Positions 29,399 to 39,102 of a stretch of 64,000 nt of DNA are shown piece after piece; the stretch's first letter is position 1, and each line of letters starts with the position of its first letter. The notes below the pieces were generated by a model. The model saw only the letters and a list, made by a program, of their open reading frames with translations. It did not search any database and was not told the origin of the DNA. The position numbers were made by a program, and so were the translations under genes. The DNA lies in the NCBI GenBank assembly GCA_040776945.1, contig JAXGZN010000001.1, forward strand, positions 288,001 through 352,000, given 5' to 3'. The stretch is from Methanomassiliicoccaceae archaeon (lineage in GTDB: Archaea; Thermoplasmatota; Thermoplasmata; Methanomassiliicoccales; Methanomassiliicoccaceae).

Positions 29399-29569
29399 TT
29401 AGTACCGGTCCCTCGGCTTGTGCTTCTGGAAGCAGTCCCTGCAGTAAACCGGCCTGCCCTCGGTCGGCTTGAACGGCACCTGGGTCTTAGCTCCGCAGTC
29501 GGAGCAAACAGCGTCATGCATCTCTCTGGGCTCGCGGCTGTAGCCGCCCTGTCTCTTGTTTCCGTACAT
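29399..29569 (-). CDS. CxxC-x17-CxxC domain small protein
   Basis: REMHDAVCSDCGAKTQVPFKPTEGRPVYCRDCF. Start refined to ATG 29569. Confidence 0.9.
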   Translation of the reverse strand: MYGNKRQGGYSREPREMHDAVCSDCGAKTQVPFKPTEGRPVYCRDCFQKHKPRDRY

Positions 29570-29677
29570 TACTATACCTACTTGTCCCGCACATCCTTGC
29601 GGACGCTTGGAACGGACGAACGATGTTGTTCTACTATTTGAGACATCCGGCATGAACTAGGCCGTGTTCGGGAGAGA

Positions 29678-29713
29678 GATAAAGAAAAATAGGAAGGAGC
29701 GGGATTGTCCCGC
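29678..29713 (-). terminator. Hairpin plus T-tract after hypothetical gene 29728-30036
   Basis: Minus strand GCGGGA-CAA-TCCCGC followed by TCCTTCCTATTTTTCTTTAT. Confidence 0.55.
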
Positions 29714-29727
29714 TATGGATGAGGACC

Positions 29728-30036
29728 TTACCCGACGAGGCCGTCGAACAGGCCCTTGACATCCGGGGTGAGCTCTTCACGCCTTATAGCGTAGGCGGCC
29801 CTCAGATAAGGCATGGCCTCCGGAGCTGCGACCAGGCTTTTCTTTCCACCCTCGTCCTTCACGCTTAGGGTAAGCCTGTTGGCCAACCAGGCGTCCGAGC
29901 AAAGGTCTCGAGCAGTGTCACGCAACAAATCAAGCTGCTGACCGTAGTCTAAGGCCTTGCCCGCAGCGGGCGCGGCTTTTCCACCCTCATGCTCCGCTGG
30001 CGAGCCGCCAAGAGCCCGCCTGATCCGATCGAACAA
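29728..30036 (-). CDS. Hypothetical protein
   Basis: 102 aa ORF with natural composition, followed by a terminator-like hairpin. Confidence 0.6.
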   Translation of the reverse strand: MFDRIRRALGGSPAEHEGGKAAPAAGKALDYGQQLDLLRDTARDLCSDAWLANRLTLSVKDEGGKKSLVAAPEAMPYLRAAYAIRREELTPDVKGLFDGLVG

Positions 30037-30225
30037 TCCTACCTTGGACAGAATAACACCGTACTACCGTAAGCCAGACATATAATTATCCTTTGGTAAT
30101 GAACCGAGAGTTAAAACGAACGTTCCCCCTGAGGTGAAAAGGGTGCCTTGGCGGGCTCATTCTCATTATCGGTTTTGATTATTTGATAGACGATATTTAT
30201 CTAAAAATATGATAGTCAGACAAAT

Positions 30226-31623
30226 ATGAAATCTCTCAGAGGATCATTCAGGCCCTTCTTGGCGATTGCGATGAGCGCCTTGATGACTTGTGCCGTTCTC
30301 TTATGTGCCTTTGCTACGACCAATGCTCAGGCTAGTTTTGCCACCTTCAACGTGGGCGATAAGTTCGCCTTAATGGGCGAACAGGACCTGGACATTGAGA
30401 TATACTCAAAGAACAAGCTGTTCTCCTTTGGTGACGAGGAGCAGGATTGGTTCCGCAACGCCGTGATCGATAACGCCAGTCTCAATGGGTACATCAGATC
30501 GGTCATGGTCTGCGAGATCCTGGAAGTAACCGATACCGAGTATGTTATGAAGATCGTTGCAGCCCAGAACCTGACCCTTAACGCTGAACTGTTGGCCACT
30601 GGCGAACTGGTGGAGGAGGGATCCTATATTGAAGATTGGTGGTATACCGGGCCCGAGAACCCTGATGGACTGCTGAACCTCAGTGAGGCAAATACAGCGG
30701 TTGCTCAGTTCGGATTCACCGCCCAGCTTGTGCTCGGTGCTCATGAGACGTTCCTCGTGCACCTCCAGAAGAGCGATATGGCGGTGAAGTCCGTGGAAAT
30801 AGATGCCCGTGCATACGCTCGTGGTCACGTCGATGTCAAGAACATCCCTGATGTTGATCGATACTATCGGAACTACACTGATTTCATCAACATCACCTCT
30901 TACAAGAGCTTCAGCAGCGACGTCTCACTGGACCTATCCCTGTCCGGAGACCTGGACTTCGACCCCTATCTGACATTGGTGAGGGACGGCCCGGCCGTGA
31001 ACAGCACCTGGGAGGTCGAGACGACGATCAACGGGACCTTTTCCTGGACCGGGATCCTGGATATAACTGGACTGCCGGCCGAGATCGAGGATAACATTTT
31101 CGGTAGCGATGCTGAAGAGCATGGCATTACTGGGTTCCCCCTAGACCTGGCGAAGATCTACGGAATAGGTCCGATTGACAACGGCACGTTGGAGATCCCC
31201 GGAATGTATGCATCCTTTGAGCTCTGCAACCTCGGCAACAAGGCGATTGATGACCCCGTTTACGGGAACATAGACATCTACCGCCTGGGCTTCAACAACG
31301 CCACCGAGAGGAACTTCTTCCAGCTTTGGTACTACCCGGCAAAGGGCTACCTGGTAGGCATGGAGCTGAAGTACCCGCTGCCGATAATTAGCAACATGAA
31401 CCTGAATATCGGCATGAAGTCCGTGCCAGTGGCCGATGCTGAGAAATCCATCTCCGGAATCAGCGGACAGATAGACGACAAGCAGACCTACGATCAGGTC
31501 AATGCAGCAAGCCCTAAGGGCGGCGATAGCCCGATGGACCTCCTGCCGATCATCGCCCTTGTGGCGGTCGGGGCCATCGCTGTTGTCGGCATCGTCTTCT
31601 TCATGAAGCGCAAGAAGGCCTGA
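30226..31623 (+). CDS. Secreted, C-terminally membrane-anchored surface protein
   Basis: N-terminal signal peptide, acidic beta-rich body with many N-x-S/T sequons, C-terminal TM helix followed by KRKKA. Confidence 0.8.
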   Translation: MKSLRGSFRPFLAIAMSALMTCAVLLCAFATTNAQASFATFNVGDKFALMGEQDLDIEIYSKNKLFSFGDEEQDWFRNAVIDNASLNGYIRSVMVCEILEVTDTEYVMKIVAAQNLTLNAELLATGELVEEGSYIEDWWYTGPENPDGLLNLSEANTAVAQFGFTAQLVLGAHETFLVHLQKSDMAVKSVEIDARAYARGHVDVKNIPDVDRYYRNYTDFINITSYKSFSSDVSLDLSLSGDLDFDPYLTLVRDGPAVNSTWEVETTINGTFSWTGILDITGLPAEIEDNIFGSDAEEHGITGFPLDLAKIYGIGPIDNGTLEIPGMYASFELCNLGNKAIDDPVYGNIDIYRLGFNNATERNFFQLWYYPAKGYLVGMELKYPLPIISNMNLNIGMKSVPVADAEKSISGISGQIDDKQTYDQVNAASPKGGDSPMDLLPIIALVAVGAIAVVGIVFFMKRKKA

Positions 31624-31634
31624 AGCAGTATAAC

Positions 31635-31690
31635 GTAGGCCCCGAAGGGCCTACCCTTTTCATTTCCATTTCTTTTTTCGCTTCTTTTTC
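31635..31690 (+). terminator. Stem-loop plus T-rich terminator
   Basis: GTAGGCCC-CGAA-GGGCCTAC followed by long T tracts. Confidence 0.75.
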
Positions 31691-31737
31691 AATGCAGAGC
31701 CTGGAGAATCCATATAGTTCCCAGATCATTTCGGGTC

Positions 31738-32520
31738 GTGCCCGAACCTATCATCGAGATGCGCCGAACCTCGATCGTCAAAGGCCGCGCGACGATCCTC
31801 AGAGACGTTGACCTGAAGATAGAGAGCGGAGAACGCATAGCGATCCTGGGCCCTAATGGGTCAGGGAAATCATCCTTGGTAAAGACGATGATGGGAGAGA
31901 ACCGCAACTCTACCTCGGTGGAGGGATCCTTTGTCCGCATCATGGGCGAGGAGCACTTTTCCCTGTTCGATGTTCGTAAGGCATTTGGGCTGGTCTCGGG
32001 CGATCTTCAGTATGAGTTCCGGCGGGACCTCACAGCGGCGGAGGTGGTTCTGTCAGGGTTCTTCGGCTCCATTGGCACAAACCGTTCGCAGGACATAACG
32101 GAGGATATGGGGCGCAGGGCGGCCAACGCATTATCGCTTGTGGGTTCCCTATACCTCGCGTCGAGGACCATGAGCACACTATCTGCTGGCGAAGCTCGAA
32201 GGGTCCTCATTGCCCGCGCCTTGGTGAACGAACCTAAGGCCCTTGTTTTGGATGAGCCCATGACCTCGCTCGACCTTACTGGAAAGCATATCGTACGCGA
32301 GACCCTGCGCTCCTTGGCCATGTCCGGAAGGACGCTGGTGATGGTCACGCATGATCCATCGGACATTATACCTGAGATCGAGAGAGTGGTCCTTATGAAA
32401 AAAGGACGCATCTTTCAGGACGGCGGCATCGATGAGCTTAATGAGCGGACACTTTCAGACCTCTACGGAGTCCCTGTCCACCTTGCAAGGATGGATGGCA
32501 GGTTCTTTGCATGGTCCTAA
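31738..32520 (+). CDS. ABC-type ATP-binding protein (ModF-like), no cognate permease adjacent
   Basis: GPNGSGKSS, LSAGEARR, LVLDEP, VTH. Confidence 0.88.
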   Translation: MPEPIIEMRRTSIVKGRATILRDVDLKIESGERIAILGPNGSGKSSLVKTMMGENRNSTSVEGSFVRIMGEEHFSLFDVRKAFGLVSGDLQYEFRRDLTAAEVVLSGFFGSIGTNRSQDITEDMGRRAANALSLVGSLYLASRTMSTLSAGEARRVLIARALVNEPKALVLDEPMTSLDLTGKHIVRETLRSLAMSGRTLVMVTHDPSDIIPEIERVVLMKKGRIFQDGGIDELNERTLSDLYGVPVHLARMDGRFFAWS

Positions 32521-33187
32521 TGGCAAGGACGGCGTGAGCAAGAGCGATCTGCTCCCATGGCAGATCGGCCCCATCAGGCCTGAATGTCATGGCATCTTGT
32601 AAGATTGAACGGCCTGCCGACATCGATCAGCGGCATGTTGTACGACGACCATAAGAATTGGTCGATCAGGAAGGCGTGAAGACCGATTCTAAACCATGGA
32701 ACATGAAATGAGGCTAGGGAACCTGGTTCACGGGCATCTGAAGTTCACGTTCTTGCATTATCTCAACATCGGTCCGCGATATCGCCTTACTTGTAAGCAG
32801 GGTCACGAGAACGGTCGACATCTTCTGTCGAGCAACGTGGTGCCTCATCTAATGGACCCATTTGATATGATGAACGTTATTAATACAGTACAATAATGGA
32901 CATTTTTGGACCGAACTTAATGATCTTGATGCTCGCAGGCATATCCTCAAGAGGCGCGTCCGCAGGGTCTGAACGCATCATGCTCGCATCAACGAACCGA
33001 ACGGGCCCGGATATTGTTGATCTGACGTTCGATGATGTTTCGTTCCATGATCTCAAAGTACGATTCCAAACTCTAGTGATGGAAATGGCTCAAGATGGGT
33101 GTTGCTTACTTCCTAGGAACGACCTTCGCAAGTGGTCCGCGTTCTAACGTGAAATCATTTATTATCATAAGATATTGGTGGATATAC

Positions 33188-33517
33188 ATGACATCCAAGG
33201 TCCGGGTCGACATGTCGATATGTGCCCATAAGACGCTGATCGACGCCGACCTGCAGGAGGACGGGACGGTCAAGGTCAAGATCCGTTCCACCTGCAGGGA
33301 CGTTCGGGACTATGGGAAACGCCTGGGGGTCCTGACCCCTGATGAATATATCCAAGCCGAGGATTCGAAGATCATGAAGCTCGCCTGCCAATGCCATCTT
33401 ACTCCCACTTGCCTTGTTCCCGCAGCGGTATATAATGTGGTATGGATAGAGGTAGGGCACATCTCGAAGCGGCACGCCCTTGCGAACAAGTGCATTGGCA
33501 TCCATTTCGAAGGTTGA
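33188..33517 (+). CDS. Small Cys-containing conserved protein (DUF6951-like)
   Basis: MTSKVRVDMSICAHKT...IRSTC...TCLVPAAVYN...IHF. Start refined to ATG 33188. Family assignment from memory. Confidence 0.6.
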   Translation: MTSKVRVDMSICAHKTLIDADLQEDGTVKVKIRSTCRDVRDYGKRLGVLTPDEYIQAEDSKIMKLACQCHLTPTCLVPAAVYNVVWIEVGHISKRHALANKCIGIHFEG

Positions 33518-33790
33518 CTTGGATATCGGCCCTCGAGATAGGGCGATATCGTCGTTCTCGCGTGTGCTCCCGTGATCGATCGTCTACCGGACCATGCCTG
33601 GACCATCAGCAGAGAGGACCACTTCCTGGATCTTGGCTTATGGGCCGTTGGCTCACGGCGGCCTGTGAGCGTGCCGACCTTTATTGAGGCGATACCGGAG
33701 GAGGTGACCGATGATCGTTGCAGGCCTTCTCCCCAAGTTGGTCCATGGCCCCCCTGATCGGAGAGGTATAAGGGCGCCTTCTTGTCCATC

Positions 33791-34342
33791 TTATCCTTTT
33801 TCTACTATCTTGGCCGATCTCCCGCGAACGGCCTTTAGGTCTCCAAGGGCCTTCTCGCGATCGAGCAGCTTTGCCTTAGTATCTGGACCTTTGCCGCCAG
33901 AGTAGTTCCCCAGACCCCCTGATGCGGGCACGACCCTGTGACAGGGTATGATTATGGGGGCCGGATTTCGCGCGCACGCGCTCCCCACCGCCCTTGCTGC
34001 ATTAGGGCGGCCGATCTTGTGGGCCACCTCCCCATAGGTCATGACCCTTCCCGGGGGTATTTCACGCAGCGCTTCCAGTACCTCCCGGTCGAAAATGGAC
34101 ATGTCAAGATGAACAGGGATGTCCCTTAGATCGTCCCTCCCGGTGGACAGGTGCGCGATCAACCTGTCGATGTAGGGATGATTGGTCCCATAAGGTCTCG
34201 TAGGCTCATCGGTCGACAGGGCGACCGATATCACCTCATCCCTCTTGATGATCAGCGTCACGAACAGGTCCAGATCGGGGCTGTACCTAGCAAATCGGCG
34301 TATGTTCCCTGCTCCTTCCTCATTGTTCACTTTTTCGATCAT
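33791..34342 (-). CDS. ogt: Methylated-DNA--protein-cysteine methyltransferase
   Basis: IPPGRVMTYGEVA, ARAVGSACARNP, IIPCHRVV. Start refined. Confidence 0.92.
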   Translation of the reverse strand: MIEKVNNEEGAGNIRRFARYSPDLDLFVTLIIKRDEVISVALSTDEPTRPYGTNHPYIDRLIAHLSTGRDDLRDIPVHLDMSIFDREVLEALREIPPGRVMTYGEVAHKIGRPNAARAVGSACARNPAPIIIPCHRVVPASGGLGNYSGGKGPDTKAKLLDREKALGDLKAVRGRSAKIVEKG

Positions 34343-34429
34343 CGGAACGCTCCATATGATAATGACCCAGGGGCCTGCTTGTGTTGCCGCCATCCTCGCT
34401 TCAAGCAGAGGCCGTTGGAATAGTATGCT

Positions 34430-34840
34430 TCATTCGGTCGTCTTGCCGTCGAAGTGCTCCTCCTCGACGTCCGCCTTTGTCCTGTGCACAGTCTTGTCCT
34501 TATGTTCTGGAGGCGAGTATATCGTGTACATCTTTAGATCGGTCTTACCTGTGTTTACGACGTTATGCATAGCGCCTGAAGGCACAACTACCGCGCTCCC
34601 GTCCTTTACATTATGCTTGTGGCCGTCGATCGACACGAACCCTTCGCCTTCTTCAAAACGGAAGAACTGGTCGCCGTCGTCATGAGCCTCCATTCCGATC
34701 TCCTCTCCCGGCCTGAGGCACATAAGTACGAGCTGACTGTATTTCGCCGTGTAGAGAACCTTGCGAAAATTGGTGTTGTCCACTGTGTCCTTCTCAATGT
34801 CGGTAGAGAAACCTCTCTTCTTCACCTTGCCGTTGGTCAT
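34430..34840 (-). CDS. Cupin domain protein
   Basis: QLVLMCLRPGEEIGMEAH, DQFFRFEEG, VPSGAMHNVVNTG, LKMYTIYSPPEH. Confidence 0.9.
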   Translation of the reverse strand: MTNGKVKKRGFSTDIEKDTVDNTNFRKVLYTAKYSQLVLMCLRPGEEIGMEAHDDGDQFFRFEEGEGFVSIDGHKHNVKDGSAVVVPSGAMHNVVNTGKTDLKMYTIYSPPEHKDKTVHRTKADVEEEHFDGKTTE

Positions 34841-34952
34841 GCTTGTATCGATGGGGGCCTCGCATACGTCAAACTTGCGCCTGCCAACGAAGCCGGACGG
34901 CGTGGGGGGCGCACAAGATACAATATTAATTATTTAACGAGCATGCAGGTCC

Positions 34953-35987
34953 ATGAACTCACGCCAACGTTTTGAGACCACACTGGAGAAAGGAACAACG
35001 GACCGCATACCGCTCTTCTATCAGCATCTTGGGGCGGCCAAATGGCTTCTGGCCTCGACTGGGCTCAAGTGGTACGACGGATTTCATGACCCTGATGTCT
35101 TCGCCACACTGTCATTGGCCGCTCACGAGGCATATGGGTTCGATAACGTGATGGCAGGATGGGGCGACATGCTTACGGAGGCCCAGGCACACGGCATGAT
35201 ATGGAAATGGCCGGAGCGGGACTTCTACCCGCGCGTTGACCGCTATGTGGACATGAGCGCGGTGGACGAACTGGTTCCCGTGGACCCCTGCCAGGATAAG
35301 TTCTGGTCCGTTCCCCTGAAGGCAGCATCGATAATGCTGGACAAGATCGGGAAGGATGTGGCAGTAGTCGGTTGCATCAACTCGCCGGCAGTGATCGCCT
35401 CCGGTCTCCTGGGCATGGAGAACGTGTTGATGGGGTATTTCACAGACCCGGACACCGTGGACCGTGCTCTGGGAGTCCTGACCGATTCCTGCCGCGCCTA
35501 TGGAGAAGCGCTTGTGGAGATGGGCATAGAGAACGTGTTCGTGGTGAACGATAGCGCCGGTGCCGAGATGGTGGGCCCGGAGCAATACGACCAGTTCGAC
35601 GGAAAGTACATGGGCCAGGCCCTTAGATCGTACCGCGATAAGGGTCTGAGGACGATATGCCACAACTGTTCTGCCAAACCGTTCTGGAGAGCGCAGTTGG
35701 ACCTCGAACCTACTGCGCTCCATCTGCATATGAAATATGTCAGCCCGGGTGAGGTTTTCGATGCGGTCAGGCAGAGATCCTGTATGATAGCAGGGATCGA
35801 TCACGCCGAGCTTCTTCTCAATGGAACTCCTGAACAGGTCGAGGCAGCGGTCAAGGACGTGATCGATGGGTGGGGGCATGACCTAGGCCTGATCATCGGG
35901 CTGGGCTGCGAGATGGGATACAAGACCCCGATAGAGAACATAAAAAGGTTAAGGGAGAGCGTCGAACGACATGGTTCGAGGACCTGA
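34953..35987 (+). CDS. MtaA/CmuA-like methylcobamide:CoM methyltransferase (URO-D family)
   Basis: TDRIP, EAQAHG, HNC Zn ligands, GLGCE C-terminal Cys, TPIENI. Confidence 0.8.
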   Translation: MNSRQRFETTLEKGTTDRIPLFYQHLGAAKWLLASTGLKWYDGFHDPDVFATLSLAAHEAYGFDNVMAGWGDMLTEAQAHGMIWKWPERDFYPRVDRYVDMSAVDELVPVDPCQDKFWSVPLKAASIMLDKIGKDVAVVGCINSPAVIASGLLGMENVLMGYFTDPDTVDRALGVLTDSCRAYGEALVEMGIENVFVVNDSAGAEMVGPEQYDQFDGKYMGQALRSYRDKGLRTICHNCSAKPFWRAQLDLEPTALHLHMKYVSPGEVFDAVRQRSCMIAGIDHAELLLNGTPEQVEAAVKDVIDGWGHDLGLIIGLGCEMGYKTPIENIKRLRESVERHGSRT

Positions 35988-36061
35988 TAGAGGGTTTTCA
36001 GAACTGGAGTCGATAAACATTTAGTGCCTTGACCCATTCCCGTGCCAACGGCCAGGGATAG

Positions 36062-37411
36062 ATGATGGAGGTCTTGATAATCGGAGCGGGAAGCGTGGGG
36101 TATACCCTCGCCCGCACACTGTCCAAACATCACTCGGTCATGATGGTGGAGCAGGACGAGAAACGGTACGAGAGGATCGTAGAGAACTTGGACATCGCGG
36201 CGGTGAACGCCAATGGCGGGAATCCCAGAGTGTTGCGGGACCTTATAGATGAAGAGACCAGCCTGTTCCTCGCGGTCACTGAGAGCGATGAGTTCAACAT
36301 GTTCGCCTGCCTGGTAGCGAAGCAGGTCAAGCCAGAGATCATTACCGTCGCCAGGGTCCGTAACCCTGACTACTTGGGCGGCGTCCTTCGTTCCAGCGCC
36401 ATGGGTGTGGACAAGACCTTCTCCCCGGAGCGTCTCACCGCGGCCAAGATCGCCCGAATAGCCAGGGTCGAGAACCTAATAGATTATGAGAGCATACCGG
36501 TCCTCGGCCTAGAGCTGGGCGTGTTTAGGATCTCGGCCCAGCAGGACGCGTCCCGCTTTCGCCCCCTGAGATACTTGGAAATGCCTCCCGGCAGCGCCAT
36601 GGCGGTAGTTCATAGGAACGGGCAGGTGTTGATGCCTGGAGACACCGAGCACCTGTTGGTCGGCGATACCGTAACCATAATCGGCCGGCCAGGCGCACTG
36701 GAGGCGTTCAATGCGATGCTTGGCAAGGTCAGGGAGTGCAAGGACTTCGTTATCGTTGGAGGCGGCATTCTGGCCGAACATCTGATAGGGGAGCTGGTTG
36801 ACAGGAAATGTGTAGTGAAACTTATCGATCGCGATGAGAAGGACTGCTTGCGTCTCTCCAGAAGGCTCCCTGGGACGGTGATAATCAATGATAGCGGGAC
36901 CGACCCCTCGGTCCTCAGGAACGAGAACGTGAACATGGCCGATGCGTTGATCAGCACCGCTGATAGCGAGGAGGAGAACCTTCTCTCCTGCCTCATAGGC
37001 AAGCATCTGGGCGTCCCTAAGACCATCACGAAGTACTCTCGTCGAGAGTATGAAAGGGTGTTCAACATGAGCGGGGTGGATGCCGCTATAGGCTACTATC
37101 ACGTCGTGGCCAATGAGATCGTGAAGCAGACCGCCAAGGGGCTGGAGGTCATGCTCCTGATGGAAGGGTTCCAGGAGTTCCTTTTAGGTGTCACCGTGAC
37201 CGATCGCTGCCGGCTAAAAGGGACCTTGGTGTGCGACATAGATCTTCCAGGCCGCTCCGGACTTGTTATGGTGGTGAAGGACGGAGGGCCGGTGGTGCCG
37301 ACCCCCGAGATGAGCTTGGAAGAGGGGGACGTGGTCCTTATCTATGCAGTACGTCAGGACATTCCCCGCCTGGAACGGATGTTCAACACGAACATACCTC
37401 AGGGGCCGTGA
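36062..37411 (+). CDS. trkA: Trk potassium uptake NAD-binding subunit
   Basis: Two RCK_N/RCK_C pairs (IIGAGSVG; IVGGG). Confidence 0.92.
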   Translation: MMEVLIIGAGSVGYTLARTLSKHHSVMMVEQDEKRYERIVENLDIAAVNANGGNPRVLRDLIDEETSLFLAVTESDEFNMFACLVAKQVKPEIITVARVRNPDYLGGVLRSSAMGVDKTFSPERLTAAKIARIARVENLIDYESIPVLGLELGVFRISAQQDASRFRPLRYLEMPPGSAMAVVHRNGQVLMPGDTEHLLVGDTVTIIGRPGALEAFNAMLGKVRECKDFVIVGGGILAEHLIGELVDRKCVVKLIDRDEKDCLRLSRRLPGTVIINDSGTDPSVLRNENVNMADALISTADSEEENLLSCLIGKHLGVPKTITKYSRREYERVFNMSGVDAAIGYYHVVANEIVKQTAKGLEVMLLMEGFQEFLLGVTVTDRCRLKGTLVCDIDLPGRSGLVMVVKDGGPVVPTPEMSLEEGDVVLIYAVRQDIPRLERMFNTNIPQGP

Positions 37412-37417
37412 GCGCAC

Positions 37418-38971
37418 TTGCCTCTGACATCATGGCGGGCCCGCGGGAGACGGGCGTACCGGACCATGATGAAACACCTTGGTGTCGATCGCTACTGGTT
37501 GCTCAGCAAGGTGGCCAGAAAGGAAAGGGCCATCCCTCATCTCATGGGCACGCTCATGGCCTATATGGCCATAGCCCTGCTCTTCCCTATGGCCGTGGCC
37601 TTGTTCTATGGAGAGGACGAAAGGATATGGCTGTTCCCGTTCATGCTTGTCCTTATCGTCGGGGGAGCGCTGCTGGTTCGCTATCGCCCCCCTGAGGTCA
37701 CCCGGCCCAGCGAGGCGCTGTTCGTGGTGGCGACAAGCTACCTGGTGGCCGTCATGGTCGGCGCCATCCCGTTCATGATGAGCGGCATGCCTCCGGTGGA
37801 CGCCATCTTTGAGATGATGAGCGGGTTCACCACCACCGGGTCGACCATAATGACCGACATCGAGTCCTGGTCCAGGAGCCTGTTGTTCTGGAGGAGCTTC
37901 AGCCAGTGGCTCGGGGGAGCGGGCATCATCATGATCTTTGTATCCATGCTGCCCATGCTGGGCGTCGGGGGCAGGGCGCTCATCAAGAACGAGTTCCCGG
38001 GACTGAACATACAGAACTTTTCCCTCCGCATTCAGGAGGAATCGAAGAAGTTCCATTACATATACATCGCCCTTTCTGCCGTTCAACTTGGGTTACTTCT
38101 CCTAACTGGCATTGGCATATATGACTCGCTACTGGTCATGTTCTCTACCGCCTCTAGCGGAGGGTTGTCCCCCCATTCTGGAAGCATCGCCTACTATGAC
38201 AATGTCCTGGTGGAATGGATCGTCATGATATTCATGTTCCTGGCAGGCACGAATTTCTATCTTCATTACCATGTGTTCGCAACCCGCAGGATCAGGAACT
38301 ACTGGAAGAACACCGAGTTCAGAGCATATGTGGCCCTTATCTGTCTGGCCTCAGCGGCGGTCTTCTACGCGATCTGGAACGGAGATATCAGAGACATCGA
38401 GCCCATGGCGCGCACGGCCCTGTTCCAGGTGGTGTCGGTTATTACCTCCACCGGATTCGCCACCGCCGACTTTGCCACCTGGAGCGGCAGCGCGGTCCTC
38501 GTTCTTATGCTAATGACAGCAATAGGCGGAAGCACTGGTTCGACCGCCGGCGGCATCAAGGTCGTCCGCTTTGTCCTTTCTTGGGAGTTCGTGTATGCCA
38601 GCCTCTATAAGATGGTCCATCCCCGCGCAGTGTTCTACGCGCGATTGGATGGCCGTCCCCTAGGCCAGGAGGCCTTGACCTCGCTGATGGCAGTGGTGGT
38701 GTGCTTCATCGGAACGGTAACTCTGACGACCGTTGCATTGACCTTCATGGGGGTTGAGCCCATAACTGCCCTGGGTGGCGCGGTCTCCACCATCTCCAAC
38801 TCGGGAGGAGGCATCGGGGCCCTAGGACCCATGGGCAGCTACGCCGGGATCCCCGCCGCGGGCAAGATCGTCCTTACCCTGGCAATGTGGGCCGGTCGTC
38901 TTGAGTTCCTGACGGTCTTCGTCATACTCACTCCAGTGTTCTGGCGTGAGCTGCTTCGATACCATGATTGA
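37418..38971 (+). CDS. trkH: Trk potassium uptake membrane subunit
   Basis: FEMMSGFTTTGS, QWLGGAGII, TSTGF, GGSTGSTAGGIK, MWAGRLE. Confidence 0.94.
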   Translation: MPLTSWRARGRRAYRTMMKHLGVDRYWLLSKVARKERAIPHLMGTLMAYMAIALLFPMAVALFYGEDERIWLFPFMLVLIVGGALLVRYRPPEVTRPSEALFVVATSYLVAVMVGAIPFMMSGMPPVDAIFEMMSGFTTTGSTIMTDIESWSRSLLFWRSFSQWLGGAGIIMIFVSMLPMLGVGGRALIKNEFPGLNIQNFSLRIQEESKKFHYIYIALSAVQLGLLLLTGIGIYDSLLVMFSTASSGGLSPHSGSIAYYDNVLVEWIVMIFMFLAGTNFYLHYHVFATRRIRNYWKNTEFRAYVALICLASAAVFYAIWNGDIRDIEPMARTALFQVVSVITSTGFATADFATWSGSAVLVLMLMTAIGGSTGSTAGGIKVVRFVLSWEFVYASLYKMVHPRAVFYARLDGRPLGQEALTSLMAVVVCFIGTVTLTTVALTFMGVEPITALGGAVSTISNSGGGIGALGPMGSYAGIPAAGKIVLTLAMWAGRLEFLTVFVILTPVFWRELLRYHD

Positions 38972-39102
38972 CCGGACCATGCTGCGCGGGCGAGTGGGGG
39001 GCGGCGGACATGGCACGATGAGGGCCAAGGCCTCAAGGCGGCCGAGGATCTGGGTCCACAAAGATCCTGCCGGAAGCGAAGCGGCGTCCCCGGTCTACGG
39101 CC

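Noticed and set aside
32521-33187. Short ORFs (66 aa, 83 aa) in a lower-GC intergenic region
   Set aside because: No motifs or clear coding signal.
28048-34000. Possible integrated element at tRNA-Pro
   Set aside because: No integrase or transposase, and no duplicated tRNA 3' end, was seen downstream.
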